Positions 18,623-28,551 of a DNA stretch of 64,000 nucleotides are shown here, piece after piece. A program made the position numbers and the translations under genes. How positions within the stretch are numbered: the first letter of the stretch is position 1; every line of letters starts with the position of its first letter. This DNA comes from Candidatus Latescibacterota bacterium (GTDB lineage: Bacteria > Latescibacterota > UBA2968 > UBA8231): contig CBDCDC010000002.1 of the NCBI GenBank assembly GCA_965215195.1, forward strand, positions 3,840,001 through 3,904,000, written 5' to 3'. The notes beneath the pieces are model-generated. The model made no database searches and had not been told where the DNA came from. It was given only the letters and a program-made list of their open reading frames with translations.

Positions 18623-21495
18623 CGCGCCGCCTGCCTGCACAGCCCGGGGAGTGGATCGACCGGACGCAGCCCCTTGAATTCCGCTTTGAAGGCGAGGAGT
18701 TCAGGGGCTTTGCCGGCGATTGCGTAGCCAGCGCGCTGCTGGCCAACGGCGTGCAGATGATGGGGCGCAGCTTCAAGTACCACCGGCCGCGCGGGGCGTA
18801 CACCTTGGCCGGGCACGACGCCAACGCACTGTTTACAGACGGCGAGCGCACGCATCTGCGCGGCGATAGCGAGCCGTTGGCTGCGGGCATGGATCTGCGA
18901 GCCGTCAATACCCTAGGCGGGCTGAAGCGCGATCTGCTCCAGTGGCTGGAGCCTTTGGCCCGCTTCATGCCGGTGGGTTTTTACTACAAGGCATTTCACC
19001 GGCCGCGGTGGCTTTTTCCCTTCCACGAGCGGATCATCCGCCAAATAGCGGGCTTGGGCCAGATCAACCGCGCCCAAGCGGCCACGGCTAGCCCCAAGGA
19101 ATGCGCTTGGTGCGACGTGCTAGTTGTGGGTGGTGGTGCGGCCGGGCTGGAGGCGGCGCGGGCCGCAGGAGAAGCTGGGGCCCGCGTTTTGCTGGTCGAG
19201 GAACAAGCGCGGTTGGGGGGAAGCTGGGCTTGGCAGCACGGCGGGAACTGCGACGAACTGGTCGCGGTGCTTTCTACTCTCCCGAATGTCGAGATCCGCT
19301 GCGGGACCGTGGCCGCCGGCCACTACGCCGACGGATGGGTCGCCCTGTTCGACGCGGTGCGGATGACCAAGGTGCGCGCCGCGGCCGTCGTCTATGCCCC
19401 GGGGGCGATCGAACAGCCGGCCGTCTTTGGGCACAACGACCTGCCGGGCGTACTGCTCGGGTCGGCCGCCCAGCGGTTGGTGAAGTTGTACGCGGTCAAA
19501 CCCTGCGACCGCATGGTAGTGCTAGCGGCCAATAGCGATGCGTATCAGGTGGCGCTGGACATGCTCGCGGCCGGGGTTGAAGTGGCGGCCATCGCCGATT
19601 TGCGCTCCGACGCGCCCCGGCCGGCCCTAGCCGAAAAAATCGCTGCCGCCGGAGTGCCAATCCACCGCGGCCACGCGGTCTATGCGGCCGTGCCCAATGG
19701 CCGGAAGAATGGCCTGCGCGGTGCTGTGGTGGCCCCGCTAGCCGCAGACGGCACCATAGATGCCCAGCGCGGCAGCGAGATCGCCTGCGACGGCCTTGCC
19801 GCGTCGGTCGGCTGGATGCCCAATGCCGCGCTGCCCAGCCAAGCGGGAGTACAGTTCGCGTACGACGAGGTGCTGGAGCAGCTCGTGCCACAGTCATGTC
19901 CAGACGGGGTCTTTGTCGCCGGGCGCGTTCGCGGAGTGTGCGATCTAGACGCGCAGCGGGAGGACGGACGGGTGGCCGGGCTTAGGGCAGCGCACTACGC
20001 CGGCTATGGCGACGGCGAGGTGCCCGCGCCCGTGCCGCCGGTGCGCGAAGCCCGCAGCCACAGCTATCCGATTTTCGCCCATCCGAGCAAAAAGAACTTC
20101 GTGGATTTCGACGAGGATTTGCACTTGGCGGATTTTGTCCATGCTCATCAGGAGGGCTACGACAGCGTCGAACTGCTCAAGCGCTACAGCACCGTGGGGA
20201 TGGGGCCGAGCCAGGGCAAGCTGTCCAACGTGAACGCGATGCGAATTTTGGCCAAGCTCAACGGCGACCCCATCGCAGCGACTGGCTCGACGACCGCCCG
20301 TCCCTTTTACCAGCCGGTGCCGCTGGGGCATTTGGCCGGTCGGCGCTTCCACCCGCTGCGCCGGACGCCGATCCACGATTGGCACTGCGAGCACGGCGCG
20401 GTCTTTGCCCACGCTGGCGACTGGTATCGGCCCGATTACTACGCCTGCGGCGACGCCAGCCGCGACGAGTGCATTGTGCAGGAGGCGCGTCAGGTGCGGG
20501 CTGGCCTCGGGATCATCGACGTGAGTACGCTGGGCAAATTGCAGGTCAGCGGCCCGGACGCTGGCGAGCTACTCGAGCGCCTCTATACGGGCCGCTTCAA
20601 GAAACAGGTGGTCGGTCGCTGCCGCTACGGCGTGGCGCTCGACGAAAGCGGGGTCGTGATCGAGGACGGGGTGATAGCGCGGCTGGCCGAGGACCGCTTC
20701 TACGCGACTACGACCAGCAGCGGTGCGGCGGCCTTTTACCGCGAGATGCTGCGCTGGGCCGCGATTTGGGGCTTGGACGCGACCTTGAGCAATGTCACGA
20801 GTCAACTGGCGGCGTTCAATCTGGCCGGCCCAGCAAGCCGCGACGCGCTGGCGGGGTTGACGGACATCGACCTGAGATCCGGGCCTTTTTCCTATTTAAG
20901 GGTGCGCGAGGGCGCGGTGGCCGGGGTGCGGGCCATAGTGATGCGAGTGGGTTTTGTCGGCGAACTGGGATACGAGATCCACGTGCCGGCTTGGGAGGGG
21001 GAGCACGTGTGGCGGGCACTGGCCGCGGCCGGGGCGCGTCCCTTTGGGGTGGAGGCGCAGCGCCTGTTGCGCTTGGAAAAAGGGCACTTGATCGTCGGCC
21101 ACGACACGGACGCGCTGACGCATCCGCAAGAGGCGGGATTGGCGTGGACCATTGGCAAAAACAAGCGCTTCTTCGTGGGCCAGCGCAGCCTGCAAATCCA
21201 CGCCACTCGCCCCGTTCGGCGTGCGCTCGTGGGCGTGCGGTGGCCCGCTAATTTTGCCGGCAAGCTGCCCGAGGAGTGCAACCTAATCATGCGGGAAGGG
21301 TGGATCGCCGGTCGCATGACCAGCATCGCCCCGGTCTCGACGCTCGGTTATCCACTGGGCATGGCCTTTGTCGAAGCGGATATGGCCGCGCCCGGTACGC
21401 GGGTGCAAGTGCGCTTGGACGATGGTTCGACGAGCGTGGCAGAGGTGGTCGCGCTGCCTTTTTACGACCCTGAGGACGAGCGGCAGAAGGTTTAA
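18619..21495 (+). CDS. soxA: MgdC / sarcosine oxidase alpha subunit
   Basis: 'GRSFKYHRPRG', 'VVGGGAAGL', 'LKRYSTVGMGPSQGK', GcvT-like C-terminus 'GFVGELGYEIH', 'LRLEKGH'. Confidence 0.93.
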   Translation: MTRRLPAQPGEWIDRTQPLEFRFEGEEFRGFAGDCVASALLANGVQMMGRSFKYHRPRGAYTLAGHDANALFTDGERTHLRGDSEPLAAGMDLRAVNTLGGLKRDLLQWLEPLARFMPVGFYYKAFHRPRWLFPFHERIIRQIAGLGQINRAQAATASPKECAWCDVLVVGGGAAGLEAARAAGEAGARVLLVEEQARLGGSWAWQHGGNCDELVAVLSTLPNVEIRCGTVAAGHYADGWVALFDAVRMTKVRAAAVVYAPGAIEQPAVFGHNDLPGVLLGSAAQRLVKLYAVKPCDRMVVLAANSDAYQVALDMLAAGVEVAAIADLRSDAPRPALAEKIAAAGVPIHRGHAVYAAVPNGRKNGLRGAVVAPLAADGTIDAQRGSEIACDGLAASVGWMPNAALPSQAGVQFAYDEVLEQLVPQSCPDGVFVAGRVRGVCDLDAQREDGRVAGLRAAHYAGYGDGEVPAPVPPVREARSHSYPIFAHPSKKNFVDFDEDLHLADFVHAHQEGYDSVELLKRYSTVGMGPSQGKLSNVNAMRILAKLNGDPIAATGSTTARPFYQPVPLGHLAGRRFHPLRRTPIHDWHCEHGAVFAHAGDWYRPDYYACGDASRDECIVQEARQVRAGLGIIDVSTLGKLQVSGPDAGELLERLYTGRFKKQVVGRCRYGVALDESGVVIEDGVIARLAEDRFYATTTSSGAAAFYREMLRWAAIWGLDATLSNVTSQLAAFNLAGPASRDALAGLTDIDLRSGPFSYLRVREGAVAGVRAIVMRVGFVGELGYEIHVPAWEGEHVWRALAAAGARPFGVEAQRLLRLEKGHLIVGHDTDALTHPQEAGLAWTIGKNKRFFVGQRSLQIHATRPVRRALVGVRWPANFAGKLPEECNLIMREGWIAGRMTSIAPVSTLGYPLGMAFVEADMAAPGTRVQVRLDDGSTSVAEVVALPFYDPEDERQKV

Positions 21496-21497
21496 TT

Positions 21498-24086
21498 CTA
21501 GTCGGCTTGCGGACGTTCATCTTGCCTTACTACATCCGCAATTCGAGCATCCTTGATCTGCTGCAAGAGCTGTATGGCATGTTCTCGCTTTTCTTCGATC
21601 TCGCGATGTTTTGCTGCTATTTTCTTTTGGGCTGCAAGGTCGAAGGTCCCGTCTTCGCATATTGGAATATCTACTGATACACGTTTTATGTTGTCTAGTT
21701 TGGCACGGTATGTTCGGTCAAACCCATGCCGGTCTCGCGTCGTGTGCAGTGCATAGTACAAATACTCCGCATCAATGTTGTTATCGACTATTCGCAATAC
21801 TCCGCAATGGTCAGTCGGATGGAATGGAAAATCAGCGGGAATCAGGTGCCAATCAAAGTTTCCATCTATGCCCCAAGTAAGCGATGGCATATCAAATTCA
21901 GTCAACAGGTCTGATTCCTTAATGTGCCCAAAGACATCGCGAACATTTGCACTGATACAAGGAATGCCTTTTTCTATACAATCTTCCTTGACAACTCGCC
22001 TTCCTATCTGCAATGTGAACAAATCCTGATCGCCGAGCAATACCTCCTTGAATTGTGCGTTTACATCCAAGTAATCTATCGGTGTTGCTCCTGACTGCGC
22101 GAGTAAGCGATTAAACTGTTCTATGTCTAATTCTTCCTGCGTCTGAGTTACTTTTAGTTGCTCCAATTCATCCTCTGTCCAATAGCGCTCAACCATCCAA
22201 TGCCGATATGTTGCAAAATCGTTCCACAGGATAATTTTGCAGCGCAAGCATGAAGAAGTGAACGCATTAGGGGAACCTTTGAATTGGTTAAATAAATCTA
22301 CCATTTCGCTCAGATCATTTTTGTCGAGCTCCCAACGATTTGCATCACGCGACTCTCCGATCTCCGATACTAAATAAGTGAAAACAGAAGTAGTCTGCTC
22401 GTCGCGTTCGTCGTACTTGCGTCCAAGCACCAAAATATATGTTTTCTTCGGAGTCGAATAAAAGGTGCGGATCGGTAGAGACACCACGGCGTGAATAAGA
22501 CATTTTTGTTTTGTGTAATTTAAGATGTTTTCTTGGTTCAGCAATCCGTCCGGTACAATGACAAACGCCAATCCGCCCGGCTTCAAACTCTTAATGATCC
22601 ACTGTAGAGCAAGAGCTTCTGTGCCGCGCCCAGCAACGGCATACTCGTCCGCAATACCGGCATCCTCTAAGGCATTTTTTAAGCTGCTGGATCCGCTCGT
22701 AACATACGGCGGATTGGTGAGAATGAGATCGTGCTTGGCATCGTTATCGACGGCAAATGTGCCGAGGTTGGTCCGCAACAGCTCAAACATCGGGTTGACG
22801 ACTTTTCCGGCAAACTCGCCGATAAAATCAGGGGAGTTATATGTCGCGATAAGATCGGAAAAGTAAATAATGGCATTGGCTTTTGCCAGAACAATGGTCC
22901 GTTCGTCTTCTTGCTCGTCGCTTCCCTTATCGTATCCGACAACCGATACCTGTGGGTTTATGATTCCATTGTGCGGCCTGAATTGCGCCATTAGCTGGGG
23001 ACTTTCAATGATTGCCTCCAACAAGAAACCACCCACGCCGCAAAAAGGATCGCACAAAGAGGTCCCGGGCGATAGCGAATTAGCCGTTGACATTTTTACT
23101 ATAGCTTGCACGACATTCCGCGGCGTGAAGTACTGGCCCAAATGACGCAATCCTGCCCCTTGACGGAGAAATGATTCGTAGAGCCTCATTTTGAACTGCC
23201 GCTGAATGTATTTGAAAGACCCGTATTCTCGATCAAAGTCTTGCAGATCGCCTAAAACCTCACAAAATAGCCTAGCTTGGGATAAATTGGGATTGCCTCG
23301 CTCATTGACGAAAATCGTACCGTTTATGATCGTAGTCCCGTCACTCCCTTCTGGGAATAGATTGCGAATAGCTAGGCGGCTTATTTGGGCATAGTTCGTC
23401 AGTGCCGCGACCGGGCCGGATGACTTGCTTAGTTCATACACATGGGCGAAATTGTTGTGCGCTTCAAGTACGGAGAGGTCGGAAAGAAACTTAAAAACAA
23501 ATAGCTCAACCACGTTGTAAAGGCATTTTTCCGGTTCTTTTCCAGTGTTGATCCAGATTTTTTGCCAAATCGTGTGGGCGAGTTGCGAGGGATCAATCAG
23601 CGTCGGGTTGCTCAACTCGTCGTTGGTAGAAGACAGCGAATGATCAGATTGGTCGATTACTTGTTCTAGGCGCTGTAGTTGTTCGGCTGAAATGGTCTCT
23701 TCGATAAGTGCCTTAGCGTTGAATATCGGCAGTGAATCGGATTCTACTCGATTTCCCGTATGTGGGTTAACCCAGAAGGTTTGCCTCCCATCCGTGACGA
23801 TCAGAAGGTTACAAAAATGCCTTGCTACTTCTAGCTCTTGATCGATCGCTTTTTTGATCTGGGACTCGGTAGATAGCTCAACAGAAGTCTTGTATTCAAT
23901 ACACGCTTTTACGGTGCCTCTGCCGAGAGTAATCAACCCATCGGGCCTTTTGTTTTTAATGCGGTGCGGAATCGAGCCAGAGACTATTCCCGCTCTTTTT
24001 AGCTGCGATAACGTAGAAGCCCCAAGACGGTGATACGTATATCGCCCGATAAGGATACTCGAAGTTTGCAAAAGTTCTTCACTCAT
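21498..24086 (-). CDS. Single-chain type IIG-like restriction-modification enzyme (nuclease + N6 MTase + TRD)
   Basis: N-terminal 'KRPDG...CIEYK' nuclease; 'GQYFTPRNVV', 'DPFCGVGGFL', 'NPPY'; C-terminal HsdS-like TRD; lower GC than flanks. Confidence 0.85.
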   Translation of the reverse strand: MSEELLQTSSILIGRYTYHRLGASTLSQLKRAGIVSGSIPHRIKNKRPDGLITLGRGTVKACIEYKTSVELSTESQIKKAIDQELEVARHFCNLLIVTDGRQTFWVNPHTGNRVESDSLPIFNAKALIEETISAEQLQRLEQVIDQSDHSLSSTNDELSNPTLIDPSQLAHTIWQKIWINTGKEPEKCLYNVVELFVFKFLSDLSVLEAHNNFAHVYELSKSSGPVAALTNYAQISRLAIRNLFPEGSDGTTIINGTIFVNERGNPNLSQARLFCEVLGDLQDFDREYGSFKYIQRQFKMRLYESFLRQGAGLRHLGQYFTPRNVVQAIVKMSTANSLSPGTSLCDPFCGVGGFLLEAIIESPQLMAQFRPHNGIINPQVSVVGYDKGSDEQEDERTIVLAKANAIIYFSDLIATYNSPDFIGEFAGKVVNPMFELLRTNLGTFAVDNDAKHDLILTNPPYVTSGSSSLKNALEDAGIADEYAVAGRGTEALALQWIIKSLKPGGLAFVIVPDGLLNQENILNYTKQKCLIHAVVSLPIRTFYSTPKKTYILVLGRKYDERDEQTTSVFTYLVSEIGESRDANRWELDKNDLSEMVDLFNQFKGSPNAFTSSCLRCKIILWNDFATYRHWMVERYWTEDELEQLKVTQTQEELDIEQFNRLLAQSGATPIDYLDVNAQFKEVLLGDQDLFTLQIGRRVVKEDCIEKGIPCISANVRDVFGHIKESDLLTEFDMPSLTWGIDGNFDWHLIPADFPFHPTDHCGVLRIVDNNIDAEYLYYALHTTRDRHGFDRTYRAKLDNIKRVSVDIPICEDGTFDLAAQKKIAAKHREIEEKREHAIQLLQQIKDARIADVVRQDERPQAD

Positions 24087-24380
24087 TTATGAACACTCGC
24101 TTATTATCTCGATGAGTGATTGGCAACGCCCATCTCAATTGATAGCACGAAATTTGCCTCCCAACTAAATTTGCTATAATATAAACTTTTGCAAAACCAA
24201 AAGCTATGTCCCTACCGCTCGCTTGACCCCTCGCAAACGGAAGATCAGCTATGATGTCAACCCGCGCAAGCCCCCTCACTCAGCGCGTCGCCGCAGCGTC
24301 CTCGGCCGTGCAGGTTCCGCTCAACCTGACAAAAGTGGCGTATCAGGCCTTGCTGGGGCGGCGCTAGGAAAGGACGGGTC

Positions 24381-26345
24381 TTGCTCCGACAAGTACCGGC
24401 TGTCTATCGCCAGCGCGTAGGGCATCGCGACCACACCACGGGCCGCGGCGCTACCGGGCGTGCCCTGCTCACCGGCGGCCTCTTGGCCGCGCTCATCGCC
24501 GTTGGCGTACCCTATGGGGGCATGGTGGTGCAAGGGTCGCGGCTGGGGCTTTCGTCGGCAACGCCAGCGGCGTTTTTCTTGTTATTCGTGCTGCTGGTGA
24601 CCGCGCAGGTGGCTCTGGGGGCTGTGCGGCGGGAGTGGGCGTTTGGTCGCGGCGAGTTGGTGACGATTTTTGCGATGATGGCGGTGGCCACGGCCATTCC
24701 CACGCGCGGGGTGGTGGGGATGCTGCTGCCGATGATCACCGGCACCTTGTACTACGCCACTCCCGAAAACCAGTGGGCCGAGCTGATCCATCCCCACTTG
24801 GCCGACTGGATGGTCGTCGCGGACTTAGAGGCCATCCAAGCCTTCTACGAGGGCGCAGGACGCGATGCGCCAATCCCCTACGACGCTTGGTTGGGGCCCT
24901 TGGGGCACTGGCTGGCGTTCTACGCGGCGTTCTATCTGACCTTGATATGCCTGATGAGTATTCTGCGCCGCCCGTGGGTTGACCACGAGCGGCTGGCCTA
25001 CCCCTTAGCGCAAGTACCGCTGGCCATGATCCAAGGCGCGGAGGAAGGCCGGCTCGCGCCCTTTTTCCGCTGTCGCCTCGTCTGGCTGGGCTTGGCCATT
25101 CCCTTTGCCCTCGGCAGTTTAGAGGCCCTGCAGCACTACTTCTCCGCCATACCCTCGCCCGTGCTGGAAACGCGGCTGTCGCTGCTGCGACAGATCGTGG
25201 TCCTGCGCCTCGACGTCAACTTCCTGATGCTCGGCTTTGCCTACCTCATCGGCGTTCAACTCTCCTTTAGCCTTTGGGTTTTCTATCTGGTCCACGCCCT
25301 GCAAGAGGGCCTGCTCCGCAGCCTGCATTTGCACCACACCGCCGAGTTGGGGACGTGGTCCGATGCGGGGATGGGGCACCAGATGATGGGGGCCTGCGCC
25401 GTGCTCGTCGCTTATGGCCTGTGGAAGGCCCGCGCCCATCTGGCCGAGGTTGGACGCTGCTTTTTGCACCCTCGGAAAGACGAAGGGGAAATGGCGTCCT
25501 ATCGCTTCTGCGTCGTCGGCTTGGTCTTGGGCGCGGTGGGCATGGTGGTGTGGCTGTGGCAGAGCGGGTTGCCGATGTGGATTGCCGCGCTGGTAGTGGT
25601 GGTGGCATTGGGCCTTTTAGTCGCGCTGACGCGCATCGTGGCCGAGGCTGGTACTCCCACCATTACGCCGGGCATGGTTCCCGCTGGGTTTACCGTCAGT
25701 GCCGTTGGGGTGCCGGCCTTGGGTGCGCCGGGCGTGGTGGCGCTGGGCTATACCTTCGTCTGGATCGGCGACCTGCTGGTTTTTATGACGGCCCCCTTGG
25801 CCAATAGCCTGCGCTTGGGCAGCGAATTGGCCGGCGACCGCGGTCGGTTGCTTTGGGGCTTGGCCGCGGCCATGCTCATCAGCCTTGTGCTATCGACTTG
25901 GTACACCCTGCGCTTGGCCTATACGCACGGAGCGGTCAACCTCCACCAGCAGTACTTTTCCACCTTTGCGGCCGAGCCTTCCAAGTTCGCCGCGCAAAAA
26001 CTGCTCCATCCCACCGGCCCGGACGCCATCGGCTGGCTATGGACCGGCGGCGGTGCCTTGCTGATGAGCCTCCTGATCGGTGCGCGCAATCACTGGGCTT
26101 GGTGGCCGCTGCATCCTTTGGGCTTTGCCGCGAGCATGGGCTGGGTCATGGACCATATCTGGTGTTCGATTTTTCTCGCGTGGCTGGTCAAGGCTCTGGT
26201 GCTCCGCTTCGGGGGCTCGGCTCTCTACCACAAGACCGTGCCCTTCTTCCTCGGCATAGCCCTCGGCCAAATCGTCACGGCCGGCCTCTGGCTCCTCGTC
26301 GATGGGTTCGCCGGCACGGTGGGCAACCGCCTGCCGGTGTATTAA
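24381..26345 (+). CDS. DUF6785/DUF6784 multi-pass membrane protein (putative transporter)
   Basis: Many TM segments; 'YYATPENQW', 'WVDHERLAYPL', 'WWPLHPLGF', 'PFFLGIALG'. Start codon uncertain. Confidence 0.75.
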   Translation: MLRQVPAVYRQRVGHRDHTTGRGATGRALLTGGLLAALIAVGVPYGGMVVQGSRLGLSSATPAAFFLLFVLLVTAQVALGAVRREWAFGRGELVTIFAMMAVATAIPTRGVVGMLLPMITGTLYYATPENQWAELIHPHLADWMVVADLEAIQAFYEGAGRDAPIPYDAWLGPLGHWLAFYAAFYLTLICLMSILRRPWVDHERLAYPLAQVPLAMIQGAEEGRLAPFFRCRLVWLGLAIPFALGSLEALQHYFSAIPSPVLETRLSLLRQIVVLRLDVNFLMLGFAYLIGVQLSFSLWVFYLVHALQEGLLRSLHLHHTAELGTWSDAGMGHQMMGACAVLVAYGLWKARAHLAEVGRCFLHPRKDEGEMASYRFCVVGLVLGAVGMVVWLWQSGLPMWIAALVVVVALGLLVALTRIVAEAGTPTITPGMVPAGFTVSAVGVPALGAPGVVALGYTFVWIGDLLVFMTAPLANSLRLGSELAGDRGRLLWGLAAAMLISLVLSTWYTLRLAYTHGAVNLHQQYFSTFAAEPSKFAAQKLLHPTGPDAIGWLWTGGGALLMSLLIGARNHWAWWPLHPLGFAASMGWVMDHIWCSIFLAWLVKALVLRFGGSALYHKTVPFFLGIALGQIVTAGLWLLVDGFAGTVGNRLPVY

Positions 26346-26374
26346 TTTTTGATATTATTTGGACCTCTACATCA

Positions 26375-26653
26375 ATGATCCGCAGCTTCAGAGACCGAAA
26401 GACCCAGCGTTTTTTTGCCGGTCATCACGTCGCAGAGTTCCAAGGATTCGCCAACCAAGCCACGCGTCGTCTTGCTTATCTGGACAGCGCGGAGTCCCTT
26501 CAGGATCTGGCTAACTTGCCGAGCAACCGCCTAGAGGCGTTGCGGGGAAATCGAGCCGGCTGGCACAGCATTCGGATCAATCGGCAATGGCGGATATGCT
26601 TCCGCTGGAGGGACAATGAGCCTTTTGACGTAGAGATCGTGGACTATCACTAA
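26375..26653 (+). CDS. higB: HigB / RelE-family toxin (plasmid maintenance killer)
   Basis: 'MIRSFRDRKTQRFF...PSNRLEALRGNRAGWHSIRINRQWRICFRW...VEIVDYH'. Confidence 0.92.
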   Translation: MIRSFRDRKTQRFFAGHHVAEFQGFANQATRRLAYLDSAESLQDLANLPSNRLEALRGNRAGWHSIRINRQWRICFRWRDNEPFDVEIVDYH

Positions 26654-26667
26654 CTGGGAGTAAGGAC

Positions 26668-26973
26668 ATGAGCGCAAAGAACGGTATGAGACCGGTGCAT
26701 CCGGGCGAGATATTGTGTGAGGAACTCGATACGCTCGACCTGTCGGCCAATGAATTGGCTACGGCGCTGGATGTGTCGCCGAACTGCATCACTGCAATCC
26801 TCAACGGTCAGCGCGACGTAACTGCCGACATCGCGCTTAGACTAGCGCGCTATTTCGGGACGACGCCACAGGTCTGGTTGAACCTGCAGAAGACCTACGA
26901 ACTGCGCCGAGCCGAGATCGATATAGGCCAGCGCATCGCCGAGCGCGTGCAACCTCGGCGGATAATGGCGTAG
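26668..26973 (+). CDS. higA: HigA family antitoxin (HTH)
   Basis: 'RPVHPGEIL', 'TADIALRLARYFGTTPQVWLNLQKTYEL'. Confidence 0.92.
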   Translation: MSAKNGMRPVHPGEILCEELDTLDLSANELATALDVSPNCITAILNGQRDVTADIALRLARYFGTTPQVWLNLQKTYELRRAEIDIGQRIAERVQPRRIMA

Positions 26974-26976
26974 AGG

Positions 26977-28551
26977 ATGCGAAACACAATGACGACAACG
27001 CCACGGACCAACAGCGCCACCACTGGCTACGAGTCCGAGCTGTGGCAGATGGCCGACGCCCTGCGGGGCAGCATGGACGCGGCCGAGTACAAGCACATCG
27101 TCCTCGGCCTCATCTTCCTCAAGTACATTTCCGATGCCTTTGAGGAAGCATACACCCGGCTGGAGGCCGAGCGCAGCGCTGGAGCCGATCCCGAGGACCC
27201 GGACGAGTACCGCGCCGAGAACATCTTCTGGGTGCCTGTCGAGGCCCGCTGGTCTCGCCTCAAGGAGCAGGCGCGGCAGCCCACCATCGGCCAAGTTGTG
27301 GACGCGGCCATGGCCGGCATTGAGCGCGATAATCCCGCCCTCGAGGACGTGCTGCCCAAGGACTACGCTCGCCCCGTATTGGACAAGCAGCGCCTTGGAC
27401 AGCTCATAGACCTCGTGAGCAATATCGCCGTTGGCGACGCCGAGGCTCGCGCCAAGGATGTGCTGGGCCGGGTGTACGAGTACTTCCTTTCTCAGTTTGC
27501 CAGCGCCGAAGGCAAGCGAGGCGGCGAGTTCTACACCCCGCGCAGCGTAGTCAAGCTCCTCGTCGAGATGCTGGAGCCTTATCGGGGCCGGGTCTATGAT
27601 CCCTGCTGCGGCTCCTCGGGCATGTTCGTCCAGTCGATGGAATTCATCGAAGCCCATGCCTCGGGCAACGGCAACGGCGGTAGTGCCCGCTCTGACATCT
27701 CCATCTACGGTCAAGAGTCCAACTACACTACTTGGCGGCTGGCCAAGATGAACTTGGCGATCCGGGGCATTGAGGGTCAGATTGCCCACGGCGACAGCTT
27801 CCACAACGACCGCCATCCCGACTTGAAGGCCGACTTCATCCTCGCCAATCCGCCGTTCAACATCTCGGATTGGGGCGGCGAGCGCCTGCAAGACGACCCG
27901 CGCTGGCAGTTCGGGGCACCGCCAAAGGGCAACGCCAACTTCGCTTGGGTGCAGCACATCGTCCACCACCTCGCGCCCACGGGCGCGGCCGGCTTTGTGT
28001 TGGCCAATGGCTCTATGTCGTCCAACCAGTCGAGAGAGGGAGACATCAGAAAGAATCTGATAGAAGCCGACTTGGTAGATTGCATGGTCGCGCTGCCCGG
28101 CCAGCTTTTTTATTCCACCCAGATACCGGCCTGCCTCTGGTTCTTGTCCCGCAACCGGCGCACTCACCGCGACCGCCGGGGCGAGATGCTGTTTATCGAC
28201 GCGAGGAAGCTCGGTTGGATGGTGGATCGCACCCACCGCGATTTTGCACCAGAGGACATTGCCCGCATTGCCAGTGCGTATCGCGCTTGGAGAGGCGAGG
28301 AGGGGGCAGGCGACTACGAAGACGTTCCCGGCTTTTGCAAGAGCGCGTCGTTGGACGAGGTCCGCAAGCACGGCTACGTCCTCACCCCGGGCCGCTACGT
28401 TGGTGCCGAGGTACAGGAAGACGATGGGGAGCCTTTCGCCGAGAAGATGCAGCGGCTTGCGGCGCAGTGGCGACAGCAGCAGGCCGAGGGTGTTCGGTTG
28501 GACGCGGCTATTGACGCGAATTTGGAGAAGTTGGGGTTTGGCAAAAGATGA
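26977..28551 (+). CDS. hsdM: Type I restriction-modification methyltransferase subunit
   Basis: '[19 protein letters not shown]', 'GEFYTP', '[11 protein letters not shown]', 'NPPFN', 'LTPGRYVG'. Confidence 0.95.
   Translation: MRNTMTTTPRTNSATTGYESELWQMADALRGSMDAAEYKHIVLGLIFLKYISDAFEEAYTRLEAERSAGADPEDPDEYRAENIFWVPVEARWSRLKEQARQPTIGQVVDAAMAGIERDNPALEDVLPKDYARPVLDKQRLGQLIDLVSNIAVGDAEARAKDVLGRVYEYFLSQFASAEGKRGGEFYTPRSVVKLLVEMLEPYRGRVYDPCCGSSGMFVQSMEFIEAHASGNGNGGSARSDISIYGQESNYTTWRLAKMNLAIRGIEGQIAHGDSFHNDRHPDLKADFILANPPFNISDWGGERLQDDPRWQFGAPPKGNANFAWVQHIVHHLAPTGAAGFVLANGSMSSNQSREGDIRKNLIEADLVDCMVALPGQLFYSTQIPACLWFLSRNRRTHRDRRGEMLFIDARKLGWMVDRTHRDFAPEDIARIASAYRAWRGEEGAGDYEDVPGFCKSASLDEVRKHGYVLTPGRYVGAEVQEDDGEPFAEKMQRLAAQWRQQQAEGVRLDAAIDANLEKLGFGKR

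Noticed and set aside
21507-21541. CATCTTGCC + CTTACTACA resembling REP core and MITE end within a hairpin
   Set aside because: Only 9-bp matches, no TSD, and inside the R-M coding end; more likely a hairpin between convergent genes.
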